A stretch of 35,032 nucleotides of DNA from an uncultured Lishizhenia sp. (GTDB lineage Bacteria > Bacteroidota > Bacteroidia > Flavobacteriales_D > Crocinitomicaceae). Positions 9,246 to 16,803 of this stretch are shown here, piece by piece. Made by a program: the position numbers and the translations under genes. The DNA lies in NCBI GenBank assembly GCA_964534495.1, contig CAZHPL010000001.1:6255-41286 (forward strand), in the 5' to 3' direction. Numbering within the stretch: position 1 is the first letter of the stretch; each line of letters begins with the position of its first letter. The notes beneath the pieces were generated by a model, which worked only from the letters and a program-made list of their open reading frames with translations, made no database searches and was not told the DNA's origin.

Positions 9246-11908
9246 TTTTTCAAGATTATTGAAACCGTTCCGTTCAATGGGCCGATAGCACCATTTTTAG
9301 ATCGTTGAATAACGTAATAATAACTACCTACTGGCATCAAGGCATTTTTGTATTTACCGTCCCAAGGTTTGCTGGAGTAACTTCCAGGAATAGACTCGTA
9401 AATTGTTTCTCCCCAACGATTGAAGACTGTCACAGAATTATCAGGGAATTGCGTATCCAAACCAATGATTTGCCAGTTGTCGTTTTCGCCATCACCATTC
9501 GGGGTGAATGCACTTGGAACAATCAGTGGACATTCATTGATATAAACTGTCACTGAACTTGCCGCGCTTTCACAACCATTTAAAGATTGTGTTGCGTAAT
9601 AGGTAAGCGTTTCCTGATTGGAAGGCAAAAACGAAACGCTAGAACCTAACGATTGAGTTAAAGCTGAATCGGCATACCAATTAATGGTTCCCGTTGCGTT
9701 TGTCACATAGATTTCATGAACGTTGGCATCTTTACAATACGATGAATCACCAACAATTTCAGGCACTTGAGGAATTCCATCGAGAGAAATGGTTTGCGAA
9801 CCGGCTAAGGTGTTGAAACAATAAGCGTCTGTTATGGAATCCAATGTATATACACCTGGAACATTCCCTAAATTAATAGGGCTTGTCGTAATGTTATTAA
9901 TGGTTTGAGAAACACCATCCACATTGTAATAAACCGTCATTGGAGGAGCACCTGTTACATATAAGGTTAGTGGATTGAAAATTTGACCTTCACAATAGTA
10001 ATCACCACCAATCAATTCCGTTTTGTTTGGAAGCGATCGCATAACAACAAGCATTGTATCAGGAATGTAAGTACCACAAACCTGTGCTGTATAGGTTACT
10101 TCGTACGTACCAGAGGATGAACCTTGTGGCGTAATTACCCCGCTTAGATTATCAATATTTAACCCTTGTGGGGTAGCATTGTAGATACCTCCAGGCACAA
10201 ATCCAATTCCCGTTGCTGGATGTACACTTTCTTCATTTAAACAAATATTTAGCGGATAAGTAATGCCATAATCAGGACTACCAGTTGCCATTGTTACAGT
10301 GACATCAGCTGTGCAGCTCCCTTGTGAACGCATGGAAATATCATCCACTACAAAATCGTTTCCAATAGCTTCGTATTGCTTGTCAATAAAACAAACTTCA
10401 GCTAGGAAATTGTTACCAGAATTCCACGTATAAATGATTTGATGCCAAGTGCAATTTCCAGAAGGCAAAGTTGAAGTGCCTAAAATCGAACCATTGATTT
10501 GTGTTTGAATTTGTGCTTCATTTCCATTTGCAACGGTTGAAGCCCAATACGAGATTTGATACGTTTTATTCGGTTCTACACCTACATTTTGGCACCAAAA
10601 TTTGTCGTTTCCAAAATTATAAGTAGAGCCATCAACTACCATCATTTTACCCGTTCCATTTCCAATTGTATGGTCTGCACAATTGGAAAAACCATTATAC
10701 CATGTACTTGGATCGGTCACAACACCATAGGCTCTTTGTGCACCGTTATTGTTGTTCGGCATGGTTAATACATAGTCATTCGAATATCCAATAGGACCTT
10801 GTTCGAAATCTCCATTGAAAATCAAATTTGGAATATTAATACTCGATGAAACCGTGTAAGTTGTCGTGTTATTTGGTGAAACGTTAATGGTTGCTGTATT
10901 AGTAATCGTCAACTCTGGGTCATTTGGTTGTGAGGTCCAAGTATATCCAGCATTACTTCCTGAAGCTGTAAAAACGAGATTTGTATTTGGACAAACAACG
11001 GTATCTCCAGGTGTTATTCCCAAAGGGGAAATACTAGAGATGACCACATTTTGAACAGAGTCAACAGCATTATTAATATCTTTCAATCCAATGGTGTACG
11101 TTCCAGGGCTTAGGTTTTGAAAAACACCCGTTTGGTTGGTAATTGGAATCGGTAAATTTCCTCCATCTACTCTAAACAAATACGGACCTACACCTCCTGT
11201 TGGGTAAATAACAATCACACCTGAATTGGCATCCGAACAATTGGGTTGTGTCACCGAATAACTGAAATCGATAGGAAGGGGAGGAGGAGTAAGAGACAAA
11301 TCATCAATAGCAAAATCGTTACCAACTGTATTGGTGTTGTTGTTGTATAGTTCAATGTTAACACACGCATTGGTCGCCGTAAAGGTGTAGCGTACTTCTC
11401 TCCAACCAACGTTTGGAATCGGAGCTTGTGCTGTTCCGTATGTCAATGTAACATTTGAAGCATTATTAAAAGCCACGCCAATGTCTGCCATTTCACTTGG
11501 TCCAGCAACTGCATTTGTTACCGTTTTTATCCAATAACTAAAGGTGTATGTTGCTCCAACAGTAAGATTACAAACACCACCACCGTTATTTCCTGCTTTC
11601 CAGAAACGTTGTTGTCCTCCTGTGTTTGTCCCGTCGATGACCAACATCAATCCTGAACCTGTTGTATGGTCGCCACCACTTAGGAAAAATTGTGTGTTCA
11701 GCACGTGTGGATCCGTAACAAAGGCATAGTTTCCTGCCGAAGTATTCCCGGAATAAGGAGTTGTAAGAAAATTATATCCCGACCCATTGATGACAAATCC
11801 CACACCGGAACCGCCGTATTCAAATGAGCCGTTGTTCAGAAGATTCTGCGCATTGATAGACAGTACACTTAATAGAATCATCAGAACCGAAGAAAAGCTT
11901 TTTTTCAT
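9242..11908 (-). CDS. T9SS type B sorting domain (gliding-motility C-terminal domain) surface protein with two CBM-like modules and Ig-like repeats
   Basis: 888 aa with a signal peptide. C-terminal VPSAFTPNGDGENDNWQI...VFNRWGETIYES...WDGKYKNALMPVGSYYYVI is the type B CTD pattern. Two homologous modules each end in GNDF(A/V)(I/V)DD(L/I)S. Confidence 0.85.
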   Translation of the reverse strand: MKKSFSSVLMILLSVLSINAQNLLNNGSFEYGGSGVGFVINGSGYNFLTTPYSGNTSAGNYAFVTDPHVLNTQFFLSGGDHTTGSGLMLVIDGTNTGGQQRFWKAGNNGGGVCNLTVGATYTFSYWIKTVTNAVAGPSEMADIGVAFNNASNVTLTYGTAQAPIPNVGWREVRYTFTATNACVNIELYNNNTNTVGNDFAIDDLSLTPPPLPIDFSYSVTQPNCSDANSGVIVIYPTGGVGPYLFRVDGGNLPIPITNQTGVFQNLSPGTYTIGLKDINNAVDSVQNVVISSISPLGITPGDTVVCPNTNLVFTASGSNAGYTWTSQPNDPELTITNTATINVSPNNTTTYTVSSSINIPNLIFNGDFEQGPIGYSNDYVLTMPNNNNGAQRAYGVVTDPSTWYNGFSNCADHTIGNGTGKMMVVDGSTYNFGNDKFWCQNVGVEPNKTYQISYWASTVANGNEAQIQTQINGSILGTSTLPSGNCTWHQIIYTWNSGNNFLAEVCFIDKQYEAIGNDFVVDDISMRSQGSCTADVTVTMATGSPDYGITYPLNICLNEESVHPATGIGFVPGGIYNATPQGLNIDNLSGVITPQGSSSGTYEVTYTAQVCGTYIPDTMLVVMRSLPNKTELIGGDYYCEGQIFNPLTLYVTGAPPMTVYYNVDGVSQTINNITTSPINLGNVPGVYTLDSITDAYCFNTLAGSQTISLDGIPQVPEIVGDSSYCKDANVHEIYVTNATGTINWYADSALTQSLGSSVSFLPSNQETLTYYATQSLNGCESAASSVTVYINECPLIVPSAFTPNGDGENDNWQIIGLDTQFPDNSVTVFNRWGETIYESIPGSYSSKPWDGKYKNALMPVGSYYYVIQRSKNGAIGPLNGTVSIILKK

Positions 11909-11927
11909 TTCTACTAGTAAAGGTTTT

Positions 11928-11935
11928 CAAATTTA
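11928..11935 (-). promoter_or_regulatory. candidate Bacteroidota -7 promoter box (TAAATTTG) for the T9SS cargo operon
   Basis: Perfect TAnnTTTG on the minus strand, 19 nt upstream of the ATG at 11908. A TTTG lies 16 nt further upstream, which is a suboptimal spacing. Confidence 0.35.
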
Positions 11936-12003
11936 ATTAATATTGAAAAATCAAAGAAAGGCTAATTCGCATGTTTTAAGCATCCTTTCGTGTATAATTG
12001 ACA

Positions 12004-12567
12004 TTAATCCAAACAAGTACAAGGCGGATCAAGGATAATTTTCACCCATGAAAGTTTTGCCTTAAGTTCTTTCTGAAAGATAGTTCCGTACATGGTTCCG
12101 CTTAAATCCAACAACTCAAGCTCTTTTAATTCATAAATTCCTTTGCCTAGATTTTCAATTTCATTGTTGAATAAATCCAATTTTTGTAAATGTGAATTCG
12201 AGGCAATCAAATCAGGCACATACGTTAGTTTGTTTGCGCTGGCTTTCAATGTCTTTAGGTTGAATAATCGCGTTATTGGAATTGGAAAAATCACAAATTT
12301 ATTGTGACTAATGTCTAAAATCTCCAATTCGCTCAAGTCAGAAAGTGATTCTGGCAAGGCATTAAGTCGATTGTGTGAGACATCTAATTTTTTCAAATGT
12401 TTGAAGCGAAGTAGTTCTGTTGGTAGTTCCGTTAACTTCATTTTAGAAAGCGACAAAGCGAAAACTGTGTCAGGATTGGCGCTTTTTACTTCTTCCCAAT
12501 CATACATTTTTTGAGCGTTGAGCTCAAGCAGTAACAGGCTGAAAATAAGTACGAATAGCGTTTTCAT
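12004..12567 (-). CDS. leucine-rich repeat protein, secreted
   Basis: Repeated LxxLxLxxNxL units (LKKLDVSHNRLNALP, LEILDISHNKF, LKTLKASANKLTYVP, LQKLDLFNNEI, LELLDLSG). The preferred start MKTLFVLIFSLLLLELNAQ looks like a signal peptide. It overlaps the ribF 3' end by about 44 nt. Confidence 0.75.
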   Translation of the reverse strand: MKTLFVLIFSLLLLELNAQKMYDWEEVKSANPDTVFALSLSKMKLTELPTELLRFKHLKKLDVSHNRLNALPESLSDLSELEILDISHNKFVIFPIPITRLFNLKTLKASANKLTYVPDLIASNSHLQKLDLFNNEIENLGKGIYELKELELLDLSGTMYGTIFQKELKAKLSWVKIILDPPCTCLD

Positions 12568-13465
12568 CACGAGCAATTTGTTGCTTTAATGCCTCTAAGT
12601 TAGGGAAATTTTGTTCAGCACGAAAGTGTTTGAAAAGGTGAATACTCACTTGCTCATCGTAAATGTCTGTTGCGAAATCAAAAAGATGTACTTCTAAAGA
12701 CAAGACTTTATCCTGATCTACAGTTGGACGAAAACCAATGTTCATCATGCCTTTATGGCGTTGCTGATTCCATTCTAGTTCAACCGCATATACACCATTT
12801 GTAGGGATAATTTTGTGTGTTTCTGAAAAAGCAATATTCGCTGTTGGAAAGCCGATTGTACGACCCAATTGTTTTCCTTTCACTACCGTCCCACTAATCG
12901 TAAATGGTTCACCAAGAAACTGAGTGGCAATTTCCATTTCACCGTTCAGAATTGCGTTTCTAATTTTGGTTGAACTTACATTCACATCGTTTACTTCTTG
13001 AGCAGCAATCTCAAGTACTTCGTAGCCAAAACGAGGTGCCATTTTTTGCAGAAAAGCAATGTTTCCCTCGCGGTTATTTCCAAATTGGTGGTCGTAACCG
13101 ATGACAATCTTTTTGGCATGTAATTTATTGACAAGAATTTCTTCGATAAATTGAAGTGCTGTCAACGAAGCGAAGGAACGAGAAAAGGGATAAATGATGA
13201 CATTTTGTAAGCCACAACGCTCCAGTTTCTTTAATTTTTCGTCAAGCGTCTGTATCAGTTTAACATTTGCTTTTCCATCCGACATGACCACGCGTGGGTG
13301 CGGTTCGAAGGTGATTAAAACGCTTTCTCCCTGACATTTTTTAGCTTCTTCGTTGAGTTGATTGAGAATTTTTTGGTGACCTAAATGCACGCCATCAAAG
13401 GTTCCAATCGTTACCACTGGATTCGGAATAGCGTCCACGAAATCAAGCCCGTCAAAAATTTTCAT
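12524..13465 (-). CDS. ribF: bifunctional riboflavin kinase / FMN adenylyltransferase
   Basis: 313 aa. N-terminal IGTFDGVHLGHQ (FAD synthetase) and C-terminal GRTIGFPTANI...EVHLFDF (riboflavin kinase). Confidence 0.9.
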   Translation of the reverse strand: MKIFDGLDFVDAIPNPVVTIGTFDGVHLGHQKILNQLNEEAKKCQGESVLITFEPHPRVVMSDGKANVKLIQTLDEKLKKLERCGLQNVIIYPFSRSFASLTALQFIEEILVNKLHAKKIVIGYDHQFGNNREGNIAFLQKMAPRFGYEVLEIAAQEVNDVNVSSTKIRNAILNGEMEIATQFLGEPFTISGTVVKGKQLGRTIGFPTANIAFSETHKIIPTNGVYAVELEWNQQRHKGMMNIGFRPTVDQDKVLSLEVHLFDFATDIYDEQVSIHLFKHFRAEQNFPNLEALKQQIARDENAIRTYFQPVTA

Positions 13466-13482
13466 TTGCTAATTTGATGGGG

Positions 13483-13490
13483 CAAAGATA
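13483..13490 (-). promoter_or_regulatory. candidate -7 promoter box (TATCTTTG) for ribF
   Basis: Perfect TAnnTTTG on the minus strand, 17 nt upstream of the ribF ATG. Confidence 0.35.
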
Positions 13491-13521
13491 ATGATTTAAC
13501 ATTCATAGATTTGTGTGTTAA

Positions 13522-13708
13522 CCTGCACTAACGTGATGAACTACGGTTAACAAGGATTTCAATCGTTTTAAATTCATCATATATTTTATTGAAAACAAAA
13601 CAAAAATTCAAACCATTGAAATGGTTGCGGAACGCATCAACGTTGGTAGGTGCGGGATTAATCCCGCACCTACATGGCATACCACGGTTAATAACGATTT
13701 CAATCGTT
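13522..13708 (+). repeat. REP-like composite repeat cluster, left flank of the Y1 transposase
   Basis: Contains one complete 98-nt module (13611-13708). Its parts are hairpin AACCATTGAAATGGTT (13611-13626), the perfect 28-nt palindrome GTAGGTGCGGGATTAATCCCGCACCTAC (13646-13673) and hairpin AACGATTTCAATCGTT (13693-13708). A partial unit precedes it (13522-13600) and is near-identical to 14372-14447. The module ends 3 nt from the transposase stop codon. Confidence 0.85.
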
Positions 13709-13711
13709 TAA

Positions 13712-14158
13712 TCAATCCTCCAACTTAACATCTAAAAAACCATGAACTCTCATAAACTGAAGATATTCCTTCTCAAATGTTCTCTTGGAGTGATGTTGCT
13801 TTTGATGTTGGATATATTGATGCACGACTTCAACAGCAGAATGAGAAACTCCAAACACACCAAAACCTCGTTGCCAAACGAATTTTTCTTCGATTAGATT
13901 ATTGCTATTCACAAAATGAGAGCTACTGCCTTTCAATTGCTTAACAATTTCAGAAATAGATTTTTGAGGATTTAAACTAAATAAACAATGAACGTGGTCA
14001 GGCATACCATTCACAATACGCACTATGCAATTCATTTTATGTAATTCTTCTTTTAGAAAATCAAACAATTGTTGTTCTATTTTTGGTTTAATAATGTGTG
14101 TTCTATTTTTGGTTGACCAAACAGTGTGTACCCAGATTTTAGCGTAAGTTTTAGACAT
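13712..14158 (-). CDS. IS200-like HUH/Y1 transposase, probably a REP-associated tyrosine transposase (RAYT)
   Basis: 148 aa. HUH motif in MPDHVHCLF, catalytic Tyr region VVHQYIQHQKQHH, and the typical N-terminus WVHTVWSTKNR. There is no tnpB partner. Palindromic repeats flank it on both sides. Confidence 0.85.
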   Translation of the reverse strand: MSKTYAKIWVHTVWSTKNRTHIIKPKIEQQLFDFLKEELHKMNCIVRIVNGMPDHVHCLFSLNPQKSISEIVKQLKGSSSHFVNSNNLIEEKFVWQRGFGVFGVSHSAVEVVHQYIQHQKQHHSKRTFEKEYLQFMRVHGFLDVKLED

Positions 14159-14297
14159 AATCCTTCAATTTTCTTATTTAATTTAGTCAAAAAGTTCGTT
14201 TTGAGTGGATTGATTTTTATTTTTTTTCAAGAAGATACAAGGATGTACGCTATTAATTAATGTTTGAATCCCTGTAAATCCATTGTTTATTTTTTAT

Positions 14298-14558
14298 GAA
14301 CAAAACAAAAATTCAAACCATTGAAATGGTTGCGGAACGTATCAACGTTGGTAGGTGCGGGATTAATCCCGCACCTACGTGATGAACTACGGTTAACAAG
14401 GATTTCAATCGTTTTAAATTCATCATATATTTTATTGAAAACAAAATGAAAAATTCTAACCATTGAAATGGTTGCTGAACGCATCAACGTTGGTAGGTGC
14501 GGGATTAATCCCGCACCTGTATGACGCACCATGGATAATAACGATTTCAATCGTTTCA
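14298..14558 (+). repeat. REP-like composite repeat cluster, right flank (two tandem units)
   Basis: Unit 1 has hairpin 14316-14331 and the perfect 28-nt palindrome at 14351-14378. Unit 2 is a complete 98-nt module (14458-14555) with a 24-nt palindrome at 14495-14518 and terminal hairpin 14540-14555. Orientation is the same as the left cluster. 14301-14378 is near-identical to 13596-13673. Confidence 0.85.
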
Positions 14559-14641
14559 TTTATTGCCCGTTAAATCCTTTTTACACAGCAGGTAGATTCA
14601 AATCCGATTCGAAATCTTATTTTCGCTGAAAAATTTTCCAG

Positions 14642-16762
14642 ATGAAATCAATTTTCCTGTTTTCTGTTTTTTGCATTTTTAATTTATCCTTCGTTTTTGC
14701 CGATGAAGGAATGCTTATTCCGTCTTTAATTGCAGCCTTTGAATCAGACATGAAGGCACGCGGAATGAAACTTTCTACCGAAGATATTTACAGTGTGAAT
14801 CACAGTAGTTTAAAAGATGCTGTTTTACAATTTGGAGGTGGTTGCACGGCTGAAATCGTTTCTGATAAAGGCTTATTGTTAACCAATCACCATTGTGGTT
14901 ATTCTCAAATTCAATCGCATTCTTCCTTGGAACATGATTATCTAAAAAATGGATATTGGGCCAAAAATTATGCAGAAGAACTTCCTAATCCTGGATTAAC
15001 CGCTTTGCGAATAGTACGCATTGAAGATGTTACAAGTGCCGTTTTGAAAGGATCAGCATCCAAAAACGATCAATCAATAATTCAAGAAAATATCAAAAAA
15101 ATTGCCGCAGAAGCAGTTAAAGGAACTGGATTTGAAGCAGAAATCAAGGCGTTTAATTACGGGAACGACTATTATATGATGGTGAAAGAAGTGTTTCAAG
15201 ACATTCGTTTTGTAGGCACTCCTCCGAATTCAATTGGAAAATTTGGTGGCGATACAGATAATTGGGTTTGGCCGCGTCATACAGGTGATTTTTCTGTTTT
15301 TCGTATTTATGTCGGAAAAGACAATAAACCTGCCGCTTACTCTAAGGATAATGTTCCTTACACACCTATTAAGTATTTGCCAATTTCATTTAAGGACAGA
15401 AAAACGGGTGATTTTACGATGGTATATGGTTTTCCTGGACTTACCGAACAACACGTCGTTTCAGGTTACTTGAAATTCATCATCGAAAAAGAACGTCCAG
15501 CAAGAATACACATGCGCGATTTGTCGTTGGGTGTTATCAATGAAGGAATGCGTAGTGCTGATTTGATTCGTATTCAGTATTCTGCGAAACAAGCAAGTAT
15601 TGCAAATGCTTGGAAAAAATGGATTGGGCAGGTAGACGGATTGAAGAATTTAGATGCTGTTGCAGTAAAACAAGCCGAAGAAAAAAAATACATCGAAACG
15701 GCTAAGTCCAAAAGTGAGTGGGTCAAATATGCTGAGGTTGTTGACAAAATGAACACTTTAGTTGCCGCAAAATCTGCCATTGAATTTCGTTATGCGATGG
15801 GGGTAGAGTATTTTTCGTACGGTCCTGAATATTTCAAATTAGTGCGTAATGCGATGGATTTGGTCACCAATTATGAAAAATATAAACAAAGCGGTGAATT
15901 GCAAAAAACAATTGAAAAATACAAAACAGGAGCAGAAGGTTTTTTCAAAAACTACGACGTAAATGTAGACCGTAAAATCTTCGAAGCACAAACCGAAGAA
16001 TACTACAAACAATTAGAAATCGTTGTGCGTGGATCACATGCCGAATTTGCAAAATACACAGCGCAAAAAATCTATTCGACATCTGTTTTTGTGTCAAAAG
16101 AAAAATACTTAGCTTTCTTGAATTCCTTCTCTGATAAGACTTTGAAAAAGATTGTGAAAGACCCGGGATATGCGTATTTCGCTCCGATGATTACTGCTTT
16201 TAGAAACGATGTTGTTCCGCAATTTCAAACGTATCAAAATGAAATGAATGCCTTGTTGCAATTGTATGTGGAAGGAAAAGTGACCATGTTTCCAAATGAA
16301 AAACACTGGCCGGATGCCAATTCAACCTTGCGCATCACTTATGGTCAATTAGAAGGTTCCGCTCCAACGGATGGGATGATGTACACCGACCACACAACCA
16401 TAGATGGAATTATCGCTAAAAATAAAACAGGAAATCCAGACTTCGAATTATTACCTCGAATGATGGAATTGTATGAAGCAAAAAACTATGGGCCGTATGC
16501 GCAAAACGGTCAGTTGTGGGTGTGTTTTACGGGATCAAATCATACAACGGGAGGGAATTCAGGTTCGCCTGTTTTGGATGAAAACGGATATTTGATGGGC
16601 TTGAATTTCGATAGAAGTTGGGAAAGTACGATGAGCGATTATATGTTTGACCCAAATCGTTGTCGAAACATTGTTGTGGACATTCGCTACGTCATGTGGG
16701 TGATGGATATTTACGCCGGTGCCAAACACTTGGTGGATGAGATGACATTAATGAAAGAATAA
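14642..16762 (+). CDS. S46 family dipeptidyl-peptidase (DPP7/DPP11-like)
   Basis: 706 aa with a signal peptide. Catalytic His block LLTNHHCGYS, WVWPRHTGDFSVFRIY, and catalytic Ser block TGGNSGSPVLD. Confidence 0.9.
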   Translation: MKSIFLFSVFCIFNLSFVFADEGMLIPSLIAAFESDMKARGMKLSTEDIYSVNHSSLKDAVLQFGGGCTAEIVSDKGLLLTNHHCGYSQIQSHSSLEHDYLKNGYWAKNYAEELPNPGLTALRIVRIEDVTSAVLKGSASKNDQSIIQENIKKIAAEAVKGTGFEAEIKAFNYGNDYYMMVKEVFQDIRFVGTPPNSIGKFGGDTDNWVWPRHTGDFSVFRIYVGKDNKPAAYSKDNVPYTPIKYLPISFKDRKTGDFTMVYGFPGLTEQHVVSGYLKFIIEKERPARIHMRDLSLGVINEGMRSADLIRIQYSAKQASIANAWKKWIGQVDGLKNLDAVAVKQAEEKKYIETAKSKSEWVKYAEVVDKMNTLVAAKSAIEFRYAMGVEYFSYGPEYFKLVRNAMDLVTNYEKYKQSGELQKTIEKYKTGAEGFFKNYDVNVDRKIFEAQTEEYYKQLEIVVRGSHAEFAKYTAQKIYSTSVFVSKEKYLAFLNSFSDKTLKKIVKDPGYAYFAPMITAFRNDVVPQFQTYQNEMNALLQLYVEGKVTMFPNEKHWPDANSTLRITYGQLEGSAPTDGMMYTDHTTIDGIIAKNKTGNPDFELLPRMMELYEAKNYGPYAQNGQLWVCFTGSNHTTGGNSGSPVLDENGYLMGLNFDRSWESTMSDYMFDPNRCRNIVVDIRYVMWVMDIYAGAKHLVDEMTLMKE

Positions 16763-16765
16763 ATT

Positions 16766-16773
16766 TATATTTG
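16766..16773 (+). promoter_or_regulatory. candidate -7 promoter box (TATATTTG) for the GT2 gene
   Basis: Perfect TAnnTTTG, 30 nt upstream of the ATG at 16804. It lies inside the TTG-extended ORF of the track, which argues for the 16804 start. Confidence 0.35.
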
Positions 16774-16803
16774 CTGTTTTTTTACACTAACCTTTTCTGT
16801 GAA

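Noticed and set aside
13712-14158. Complete IS200/IS605 insertion sequence
   Set aside because: There is no tnpB/iscB partner and no omega-RNA-like region. The flanks are multi-copy palindromic modules rather than distinct left and right IS ends. I therefore call it a RAYT-like domesticated transposase, pending copy-number data.
14287-14559. 90-aa minus-strand ORF
   Set aside because: It lies entirely within the tandem REP-like repeats. Its peptide is internally repetitive because the DNA is (GAGLIPHLPT and CGINPAPTN both come from the palindrome). It has no independent coding evidence, so I treat it as an artefact of the repeat.
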